From: Octopus sinensis
Taxonomy: Eukaryota
Length of the DNA: 64,000 bases
NCBI RefSeq assembly: GCF_006345805.1
Contig: NC_042997.1
Span: forward strand, 113,522,001 to 113,586,000
Reading direction: 5' to 3'
Shown: one piece after another, positions 12,571 through 22,638 of the stretch
Position numbering within the stretch: position 1 is the first letter of the stretch
Layout: each line of letters begins with the position of its first letter
Notes under the pieces: model-generated
What the model saw: the letters and a program-made list of their open reading frames with translations, nothing else
Database searches by the model: none
What the model was told of the DNA's origin: nothing
Translations under genes and position numbers: made by a program

Positions 12571-13335
12571 ATCATCATCATCGTTTAACATCTGCTTTCC
12601 ATGCTAGCATGGGTTGGACAGTTTAACTGAGGTCTGGAGAGCCATCAGCTGCACCAGGCTCCGATCTGATCTGGCAATGTTTCTACAACTGGATGCCCTT
12701 CATAACATCAATCACTCTGAGATTGTAATGGGTGCTTTTTACATGTCACTGGCACAGGAGCCAGTCAGGGGCCCTGGCATCGAACACGTTCAGATAGTGC
12801 TTTTTACATGCCACCAGCATGGGAGCTAGTTAGGCAGTACTGGCATTGATTATGTTTGGATGATGCATTTTACATGCCACTGGAACCGGAGTCAGTCAGG
12901 GGGCACTGGCCACAGCTACAATTTTGGTTTTACTTGACTCAACAGGTCTTAAGCATATCCTTACACTCAATGCAACAAGGGTACTTTTAAATGGGCCAGA
13001 TGGGCAACACTAGCATTGGCCATGGCTGCAATCTCACTTTAGTTGCCAGGTCTTCTCAATCACAGCATATCTCCAAAGGTCTTGGTTTCCTGTCATTGCC
13101 TCTGTGAGGCCCAATGTTCGAAGGTCATGCTTCACCCAATCATCCCATGTCTTCCTTGGTCTACCTCTTCCACAGGTTCCTTCCATAGTTAAGGTGTGGC
13201 ACTTCCTCACACAGCTGTCCTCATCCATACGGAACACATGACCATACCAGTGCAGTCATCTTGCACATGTCCAACTTTTCTCTCAGGGCACTCACACTCT
13301 GCCGTGTTTGCACACTGACATTACACATCCAGCAG
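12571..13335 (-). mobile_element. RTE 3' fragment: ORF end, complete 3' UTR and (GAT)n tail
   Basis: Minus ORF 13034-13237 (EGTCGRGRPRKTWDDWVKHDLRTLGLT) matches the RTE C-terminus at 18.4-18.5 kb and runs into the GGCATGTAAAAAGCAC subrepeats and the ...GTTAAACGATGATGATG tail. Confidence 0.9.
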
Positions 13336-13471
13336 ATCATGCCATACATATATACATAAATGTGAATCTGGTAAAGTGTATTCCTGTATTTTAAAATCTA
13401 ATTAAATTCTAATATATTCCCTATGCATTTTCATCTTCGTTTCTTTTATTCCTCTGTTTGCATTAATAGTT

Positions 13472-13510
<39 letters not shown>

Positions 13511-13511
<1 letters not shown>

Positions 13512-13610
13512 ATATGTAGTGTGTCTATGTACATTGTATAAGTGTGTATGTATAGATATGGATATGTAGTGTGTCTATGTACATTGTATAAGCGTGTATG
13601 TATAGGTATA
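13511..13610 (+). repeat. 50-bp tandem duplication
   Basis: GATATGTAGTGTGTCTATGTACATTGTATAAG.GTGTATGTATAG.TAT. twice. Confidence 0.85.
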
Positions 13611-14029
13611 CATATGTGTGTATAGCTATGTGCATACATGTTTATGTATGTTTATACTGGATGCGTGTGTGTGTGTGATCATCATTTTACATCCCTTTTT
13701 CCCCATGCTGGCACAAAGCCACCTCCCTCAATATTACTCTCACCTCCCAGTTGGAAGAGTATTTTCTTGCAAGTTACCTGGTGACCCTGTTGGTGCTGGT
13801 GCCACATAAAAAGCACCCAGTACACTCTGTAAAGTGGTTGGCATTAGGAAGGGCAACCAGCCATAGAAACCATACCAAACAGACAATTGGTGCCTGGTGT
13901 AGCACTCTTGCTTGCTAGCGCCTGTCAAACCGTCCAACAGATGCCAGCACGGATAATGGATACTCTTTTACTCTTTTTTTACTCTTTTACTTGTTTCAGT
14001 CATTTGACTGCGGCCATGCTGGAGCACCG

Positions 14030-14243
14030 CCCTTTCATTACCAACCTGGCTGAAACTGCCTCTGACTCAGTAGCACAAATGTCTTGTTTTCATAAGTTCT
14101 GAATTAAAATCTTCCACCAAACCTTAGTCGCAATTGATGTTCCTAACACTAGCTTAATGATAACCAAGTTATTTTACTAAATTCTATTTTAAATAATTGA
14201 GAGAGAAACAGAGCATCTCAAAATAAATACAGTAATGAAAAGG
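14030..14243. mobile_element. piggyBac-type MITE, same family as 55357-55577
   Basis: Collinear with 55357-55577; degenerate TIRs CCCTTTCATTAC / GTAATGAAAAGG. Confidence 0.8.
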
Positions 14244-14289
14244 CTAAATGATGATGATGATAGCTGGCTGGATGTATGCATGCATGCAT

Positions 14290-14320
<31 letters not shown>

Positions 14321-14472
14321 GCACACATATATATACAAAAGCAGCAGAAATATAACAAAAGCTCTTACTCAGAGTTTCATATTCCCATTCGTCGGACAGT
14401 TCTGTTAAAGCATATTACTCTACCTCTGGTTTTGAGTACTTTTTTTCCACCTTGTTTCACATTTATGTGCTT

Positions 14473-14527
<55 letters not shown>

Positions 14528-15048
14528 ATCCAGGGATCGAGGTGTAGGAAGGAAATTAGCTTTAAGCAAACCGTAGTAAACATAAAAAACAACTTTCAGG
14601 GACAATAGCGGTTTATTGAGATGGAAGGTTGTGGATTTTTTTCCGCATTGAAGGACAATAAACTGAAAAAAATTATTTTATATTTCAGTTGGCAACCAGG
14701 GTTTCCAGGTATGCGAATTGATATCTTTGAGTTAAGGAATGGAGTAGATAAGATCTGGGCTACATATGTTTCATAGCAAGTGGAACCTCAGAAGTGGTAA
14801 ATATCCAAGCGAGGTGTATACTGCAGGCTACTCATCAGGCCAAGGATGTCTTGATTAAATGAAAGTTTACATTGTCACAAGGAAGATTCAATCAGAATGT
14901 AGCAACAGATTCTGATTGAATCTTTTAGGATTGTAAAACCTGACGCCATATAACAAAACCATTTGCACTGAAAGCATATAGAAGGCTTGTTTACAAAAAC
15001 AACTATGAACTAATATAGTTCTTAAATTTGACAGAAACAGGGAGGCTA

Positions 15049-15118
15049 ATTTGCTGGTGTAATGGTAACACACTTAGTCGCGTAAACAAAGGGATGTGGG
15101 TTTGAGTCCCATGCGGAT
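15049..15118 (+). pseudogene. tRNA-like sequence or isolated SINE head
   Basis: A-box TGGTGTAATGG, B-box-like GGTTTGAGTCC, D stem GTGT/ACAC, T stem GTGGG/CCCAT, acceptor-like ATTTGC/GCGGAT; anticodon arm does not fold; T6 at 15131-15136. Confidence 0.45.
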
Positions 15119-15465
15119 AGGAAAGCCTACTTTTTTCAGTCGAGGGCTTATATGCCCCATTATATATATATATTATCATCGTTTAACATCCATTTTCCAT
15201 GCTAGTATGGGTTGCATAGTTCGACTGAGGTCTGGGAAGCCAGAAGGTTGCACCAGGCTCCAGTCTGATCTGGCAGAGTTTCTACAGCTGGATACCCTTC
15301 CTAACGCCAACCATTCCGTGAGTGTTGTGGGTGCTTTTTACATACCACACACACACATATAATATATATATACATATACATACATACATACATATATATA
15401 TAAATTCAAAAATAATACCCTTGTTTTAACACCAGGCGACCTAGCACAACAAAACCAGGGAGACA

Positions 15466-15562
15466 ATATACTCATCCGTAAATATAAGAGTTTACCTAGA
15501 TAGGTTAACTCTAGCACTAGAGTTAACCTATCTAGGTAAACTCTCTTATATTTACGGATGAG

Positions 15563-15567
<5 letters not shown>
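15466..15567. repeat. Near-perfect palindrome (49/51-nt arms, 2-nt loop)
   Basis: 15466-15514 is the reverse complement of 15517-15567 except for one CT insertion. Confidence 0.9.
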
Positions 15568-15593
<26 letters not shown>

Positions 15594-16190
15594 GCATGTA
15601 TATGAAGGAGAGAGAAAGATATGCCTGAAAGAAACCTCGATGACTCCTTCTTTTGTTGTTATCTCCACAAGAAGCACCAAAACAGGAGCCACATTATTTG
15701 TAGATGTGATACTTGAAGCTTTAAAATAATTGTTGTTATTTCATTGTTGTTTCATTGTTATATTTATCCAGATTTGTAGATCAGATGACCGACTGTTATG
15801 GGGTAAAAAAAAAAATAGATATTGAAGTAAAATTCACATAAACTACAAACCAAATACATAAAAATGTAAATTTTGTAGAAAATAAAGCTAAACAATTGAC
15901 TGTTTGGGTGTCGGCTTTATATATATGTGTGTATGTATACACACATATATAAGCTTATAAGTGAAGCATTTTGTTTAGGAAAGTGTTACTGAGGTGGGTG
16001 AGGGTAAGAGTTGTTGAAAAGGGAGAGCAAGAGAGGTAGAAATATGTGTGTCTGTCTGTCTGTCTAACATTTGAATATTTGTTTTAATAAAATACCTTTT
16101 TTCACGTATGTGGGTGTGTAAATAATGTATATAATGGGTATGAATCTGTACATTCACGTGTGTGTGTGCACATATAAGTATATATATATA

Positions 16191-16370
16191 GGGAGAATTC
16201 ACAAAAAAACAAAAGACGAAGACAGGTGTTGTGGACAACAAACAGATGTATTAGTATAACGCTCGGGAAGTGAAAAAGTCTTTAACGTTTCGAGCCTATG
16301 CTCTTCCACAGAAAGGAACAAGGAGAAAAAATAAAAAATGTGTAGTGGTTAGCGATCTATTATGGCGAAG
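16191..16370 (-). mobile_element. Copy of the 193-bp hammerhead-motif element in a (TA)n tract
   Basis: Reverse complement is collinear with 55758-55950; motif at 16280-16315. Confidence 0.8.
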
Positions 16371-16548
16371 TATATATATAATGATGATGATGTGTGTGTG
16401 TGTGTATATATGTATGTAATGATGATGATGTGTATATATATATATATAATGTTAAATATATATATGATGATAGATATGATATATATATATATATATGTAT
16501 ATATATGTATGTATATATATGTATTAGACAAAAGAAACAGGCAGGGCT

Positions 16549-18571
16549 ATTAGACAAAAGAAACAGGCTTGGAAGGCCTGGAAGAACGGTGGTAGCAGGG
16601 AAGTGTATCAGACTGCCAGAAGGGAAGCTAGGATACAGGTCTATCTAGCCAGAGGGGAAGCAGATAAAAGAAAATTTGCCAATGTCCTGCGCCGTGAGGA
16701 TGAAAGACTTGAGGTATTTCGTGTTGCAAGACAGTGTGTGAGAGAGAATCGAGATGTGGTAGGAGAGAAATGTGTTCGCATGGAGGATGGTTCACTTGCG
16801 TTAAATGAGGATGCAAAGAGAGAAGCTTGGAGACGCCACTATGAAAGGTTGCTGAATGAGGAAAATGAATGGGATAAAGAGAGTCTGCCGAATGTTGACC
16901 CACAGAGGGACCAGCTATCCGAGTTGATAGTTCCGTGGTAGCTAAGGCAATTAGAAGCATGAAGACAGGAAAGCCCCAGGCCCATCAGGAATTACTGCAG
17001 AGATGCTCAAAATATCTGGTAGTGTCGGCTATAGCATAGTCACCCGTATAGTTAACCAGGTGATACACGAAGGAGTCATACCCAATGACTGGTGTAGCAG
17101 CATAATAGTCAACTGCTACAAAGGTAAAGGCGATGCCCTAGATACAAATAACTACAGGGGCATCAAGCTGTTGGATCAGGTAATGAAGGTTATGGAGAGG
17201 GTTATAGCCCAGTTAATTAGAGAGAGAGTTAGCTTAGATGATATGCAGTTTGGGTTCGTGCCAGGGAAAAGTACTACTGATGCTATATTCCTGGTAAGAC
17301 AGCTGCAGGAGAAATACCTAGCCAAAGGTAAGCCCTTGTACCTGGCTTTTGTTGACTTAGAGAAAGCCTTTGACAGGGTCCCCCGATCCCTTATCTGGTG
17401 GTCAATGAGGAAACTAGGGATAGATGAATGGTTAGTGAGAGCTGTGCGAGCCATGTACAGAGACGCAGCTAGTAAGGTGAGGGTTGGCAACGAGTACAGT
17501 GAAGAATTCCGGGTAGAGGTTGGGGTCCACAAGGTTCAGTCCTCAGCCCCCTCCTATTTATCATAGTCCTCCAGGCAATAACGGAAGAATTTAAGACAGG
17601 ATGCCCCTGGGAGCTCCTATATGCTGATGACCTTGCTCTAATTGCTGAGTCACTATCAGAACTGGAGGAGAAGTTTCAGGTGTGGAAACAAGGATTAGAA
17701 TCGAAGGGCCTTAGAATCAACCTAGCCAAAACCAAAGTCCTAATAAGTAGGAAGGTGGACCAACCACAAACGTCTTCAGGTAGATGGCCTGCTCGATCTG
17801 TAAAAAAGGTGTAGGTAGAAACTCTATAAGGTGCACCAAGTGTAAGCTATGGACACATAAGAGGTGCAGCAATGTCAAAGGAAGGCTAACTAAGAAAATA
17901 GTTTTTGTCTGTGGCAGATGCTCAGGAGAAATAAACACTGGAAATGTGCAGAGTCCAACTTCTACCACGTTCCAGGGAGACAAACTAGAAGTAGTTGATA
18001 GCTTCCGCTACCTAGGAGACCAAGTCAGTAGCGGGGGTGGGTGTGCTGAAAGTGTAACTGCTAGAGTAAGAATAGCCTGGGCAAAGTTTAGAGAGCTCTT
18101 ACCCTGCTGGTGACAAAAGGTCTCTCGCTAAGAGTAAAAGGCAGACTATATGATGCGTGTGTACGTACAGCCATGCTACATGGTAGTGAAACATGGGCCG
18201 TGACAGCTGAGGATATGCGTAAGCTTGCAAGAAATGAAGCCAGTATGCTCCGATGGATGTGTAATGTCAGTGTTCATAATCGTCAGAGTGTAAGTACTTT
18301 GAGAGAAAAGTTGAACCTAAGAAGTGTCAGTTGTGGTGTGCAAGAGAGACGGCTGCGCTGGTATGGTCATGTGACGAGAATGGCTGAAGATAGTTGTGGC
18401 AAAAGTGCTACAACCTAGCAGTTGAGGGAACCTGTGGAAGAGGTAGACCCAGGAAAACCTGGGACGAGGGTGGTGAAGCACGACCTTCGAACTTTAGGTC
18501 TCACCAAGGAAATGACTGAAGACCGAGTCCTATGGAAGTGTGCTGTGCATGAGAGGACCCGGCAGGACTAG
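16549..18571 (+). pseudogene. RTE reverse transcriptase ORF remnant with about 7 frameshifts
   Basis: Track ORFs 16603-16941, 17003-17566, 17784-18113 and 18110-18418 join into one RTE polyprotein through single-base indels; ends at TAG 18569-18571. Confidence 0.9.
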
Positions 18572-18979
18572 TCAGGCCATATCCCGTGGCCCCTACCTGG
18601 GACGTCTGTGCATACCTTCCTTCTTGTGACACTTGTGAAGACCTGCTGAGGCAAGTGAAAATCAATCAAAATAGATGAACATCAATGGAATTTGTATCTT
18701 TGTGGTACCAGTGCCTGTGGCACACAAGAAAACCATCCGAACGTGGCCGTAGCCAGTACCGCATCGACTGGCCTCCGTGCTGTGGGAACATGGTGGCACA
18801 TAAAAACACCATCCGATGACCCGCAAGACTAGTCAGGTCATAACCCGTGGGCCCTACCTGGGACGTAGTCAGTCCACCTGTACATACCTTCCGACTTGTG
18901 AAGACCTGCTGAGGCAAGTGAAAATCAAATCAAATCAAAACAAATCAAAATAGATGAACATCAATGGAATTTGTATCCT

Positions 18980-19161
18980 TGTGGTACCAGTGCCAGTGGC
19001 ACACAAGAATCCATCCGAACGTGGCCGTAGTCAGTACCGCTTGTGGTACCAGTGCCAGTGGCACAAGAATCCATCCGAACGTGGCCGTAGTCAGTACCGA
19101 TTGTGGTACCAGTGCCGGTGGCACACGAGAATCCATCCGAACGTGGCCGTAGTCAGTACCG
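18980..19161 (+). repeat. Three ~60-bp tandem units in the RTE 3' UTR
   Basis: TGTGGTACCAGTGCC.GTGGCAC..GAATCCATCCGAACGTGGCCGTAGTCAGTACCG repeated three times. Confidence 0.9.
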
Positions 19162-19636
19162 CATCACTGGCCATCCGATCGTGGCCGTTCGCCAGCCTCA
19201 TCTAGCACCTGTGTCGGTGGCACATAAAAACACCATCCGAAGACCCGGCAAGACTAGTCAGGCCATAACCCATGGCCCCTACCTGGGACGTAGTCAGTCC
19301 ACCTGTGCATACCTTCCTTCTTGTGACACTTGTGAAGACCTGTTGAGGCAAGTGAAAATCAAATCAAAACAAATCAAAATAGAATGAACATCAATGGAAT
19401 CTGTATCTTTGTGGTACCAGTGCCGGTGGCACACATGAGAACCATCCGAACGTGGCCGTAGCCAGTTCCGCATCGACCGGCCTCCGTGCTGTGGGCACGT
19501 AACAAACACCATCCGATCATGGCGTTAGCCAGCCTATCTGGCACCTGTGTCGGTGGCACATAAAAACACCTTCCGAAGACCCGGCAAGACTAGTCAGTCC
19601 ACCTGTGCATACCTTCCTTCTTGTGACACTTGTGAA

Positions 19637-19736
19637 NNNNNNNNNNNNNNNNNNNNNNNNNNNNNNNNNNNNNNNNNNNNNNNNNNNNNNNNNNNNNNNN
19701 NNNNNNNNNNNNNNNNNNNNNNNNNNNNNNNNNNNN
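19637..19736. other. Assembly gap (100 N)
   Basis: Run of exactly 100 N between the RTE 3' tandem array and a SINE. Confidence 1.
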
Positions 19737-20025
19737 TTTTACCAAACTGCTAAGTTACGGGGACGTAAACATACCAGCATGGGTTGTCAAGCGATGTTGG
19801 GGGGGACAAACACAGACACACAAACGCACATACACACATACAGATATATATATACATATATACAACAGGCTTCTTTCAGTTTCCCTCTACCAAATCCATT
19901 CACAAGGCTTTGGTCAGCCCGAAGCTATAGTAGAAGACACTTGCCCAAGGTGCCACGCAGTAGGAATGAACCCAGAACCATGTGGTGGTAAGCAAGCTAT
20001 TTACTACACAGCCACTCCTATGCCT
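19737..20025 (-). mobile_element. SINE family A (3' part lost in gap)
   Basis: Reverse complement of the family A head and body. Confidence 0.85.
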
Positions 20026-21714
20026 ATAGTTACCACACAGCCACTCCTACGTCTATGTTTATAGAAATCAACTAAAAGTCATTTGCTGATGTCTACCAAA
20101 CTAATAATTCTGTCTACTATAGGCACAAGGCCTGAAATTTGGGCCTGAAAGGACGAAAGGCAAAGTTGACCTCAGCAGAATTTGAACTCAGAATGTAGCA
20201 CCAGACAAAATACTGCTAAGCATTTCTCCCGGTGTGCTAACGATTCTGCCAGCCTGCCACCTTGTCTACCAAACTAATAATAAATGGTCATATGTACAAA
20301 GAATGGCAGAAATCAAGCCAAAGATGTACGTATTCAATTTTTTATATGTTCTGGCAGATTTGAACATGTGTGTGCTAATCACTGTATTTTGTCTTCAAAG
20401 ATCAACTTCTCCTTTTTACACAATGTGTGCTCACAACGCATTCAGTTCATTGAGGCAAAGCCTCATACTCAGAATCATTTTATTTTTTATGGTCTCTGAG
20501 TTCAAATTCTACCGAGATCGACTTTGCCTTTCATCCTTTTGGGGGTCGATAAATTAAGTACCAGTTGCATACTGAGGTCAATCTAATTGACTGTCCCCCA
20601 CCCAAAATTTCAGGCCTTGTGCCTAGAGTAGAAAAGGATTTTCCATGGTCTCTTTGTGCACAGCCATTTAATATTGGTTTGGCTCATGGCCCAGTGGTTA
20701 GGGTATTCGGCTCATGATCGTAAGGTTGTAAGTTCAATACCTAGCAGAGCATTGTGTCCTTGAGCAAGACACTTTATTTCACATTGCTTCATCCACTCAG
20801 CTGGCAAATATGAATTGTACCTGTATTTCAAAGGGCCAGCATTGTCACATTCCATGTCACACGGAATCTCCCTGAAAATTATGTCTAGGGTACGCATGGC
20901 TGTTGAGCGCTCAGCCACTTGCACATTAATTTCATGAGCCGCTACATTCTGAGTTCAAATTCCGCTGATTTCAACTTTGCCTTTCATCCTTTCAGGGTCA
21001 ATAAATTGAGTACCAGTTGAGTCCTGGGGTCGATGTAATCCGACCTTGGCGGAATTTGAACTTAGAACATAACGGCAGACGAAATACTGCAAAGCATTTT
21101 GCCTGGTGTGCTAATGATTCTGCCAGCTTGCCACCCTACCCTTATATAATGCAGAGTACCCATGTCTCTTCTACAGTGAGACACATGTTCATGTACCTCA
21201 GTTATACTTTGGCCTTTCAGCACCTAGCATAAAGACACCTTCCTCTCTATTACATCCCCACTCAGGCAAGGATCTTTCTCCTTGTCTTCCAAGTTATGTG
21301 GTAACCTCTTTACTGCTGGTTCCACACAAAAAGCTCCCAGCACACGACGTGGTTGGAATTAGGAAGGGCATCCAACCATGGAAACCATTCCAAAGCATGT
21401 TTTCCATAACAGAAATTCAGGTGGTGAATAAGTAATTGTGATTTCCAGTGTGGCAAAACGCCAAAGAAATGCAAAAATCACTGGTTTAACATCTCCACCG
21501 ACCATTTTCGTGTCAAAATGAAATTTTTTAAGCACACGAGCACCGAAAGACATACAAAAAAAAAAACAAAAGCCAACCAAAATGTCTTCGTGTCATGTTG
21601 ATTTGCTAATGATGTCATTTTAGTAAGTGAGAAACATCTCAAGCCTTCATTAATTACCTGCTTAACAAACAATTATTGGAGACTCAGCCAGTCTAATTTA
21701 ATCTTTTGCTACAG

Positions 21715-21767
21715 GACAGCAGCATTAACTCAGTTTTCAGCCTTCTTTTGGTGTTTTCTTGGACATG
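21715..21767 (+). CDS. Candidate internal exon (53 nt)
   Basis: CTAAT branch-like motif plus TCTTTTGCTACAG acceptor; weak donor ATG|GTGTGT; frame TAALTQFSAFFWCFLGH(G) is phase-compatible with 31777. Confidence 0.38.
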
Positions 21768-22207
21768 GTGTGTATGTGTGCATGTAACTATGTGTGTTTG
21801 TGTGAATGTATATATATGTGTGTGTGTTTATATATATATATACACATACATACATGCCATATATACACATATGCTTATACATGCAAGTATATGTGCTGTT
21901 CTAAGTACTGCTGTATGAATGCTCCTTTACAGCCTCTCCTCCCCCTGCTCCTCTTGCAGTAATTTTCACTTGTTTACTCTAATGCAATGTACAGCTTGTC
22001 AGTTTAGTATTTCTACCTTTTTTACTCTGTTTCACATTCACTTTAATACTATACAGGAGTGGCTGTGTGGTAAGTAGCTTGCTTACCAACCACATGGTTC
22101 CGAGTTCAGTCCCACTGCGTGGCACCTTGGGCAAATGTCTTCTACTATAACCCTGGGCTGACAAACCTTGTGAGTGGATTTGGTAGATGGAAACTAAAAG
22201 AAGCCCG

Positions 22208-22209
<2 letters not shown>

Positions 22210-22262
<53 letters not shown>

Positions 22263-22638
22263 GTTGTGTGCTGTCTGTCTCCTACGATTTAGATTCCTAA
22301 CTACTCCTACATTTTGCGGTGCAGTTTAACCAAAACCGGGTATCTTATAGTCGTGATTCATATCGAGCCCTTCTGGGTATTAGCGCGCGTCTACGATGAG
22401 TCTACGATTTAAAAAAAAATTTACCATCAGTTTTTCCCATTTTTAATGCATTTTTGGCATATATAAGGGAAGTAACTCTCTAAAAATTTATTATTAAATC
22501 TCAGAACGTAAAAAGCTACAGTAACAAACCCCCTTTGTGGTTAGCCATATTGAGATGGCTATTATACTTTACATCTCTAAAAATGCTTATATAGTTATTT
22601 CCCTTACAAACTCGAGCAACGCCGGGCGATACTGCTAG
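22210..22638 (+). mobile_element. Non-autonomous Helitron (5' end obscured by (TA)n)
   Basis: 3' end CGAGCAACGCCGGGCGATACTGCTAG followed by T, nearly identical to the 5698-6074 terminus. Confidence 0.8.

Larger units (their letters stand above)
16522..19636 (+). mobile_element. 5'-truncated RTE-clade non-LTR retrotransposon (linker, RT, C-terminus, tandemly amplified 3' UTR); 3' end lost in assembly gap
   Basis: Translation gives WRRHYERLLN, KAPGPSG, NYRGIKLL, QFGFVPGKSTTDAIF, FVDLEKAFDRVP, QGSVLSPLLF, YADD (17620-17631), FRYLG, RRLRWYGHV, GRGRPRKTW. No APE endonuclease upstream; begins directly after a (TA)n tract. Confidence 0.95.

Noticed and set aside
18980-19161. CRISPR-like regularly spaced repeats
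   Set aside because: Whole units are near-identical with no unique spacers, they lie in an RTE 3' UTR of an animal genome, and no cas genes are present.
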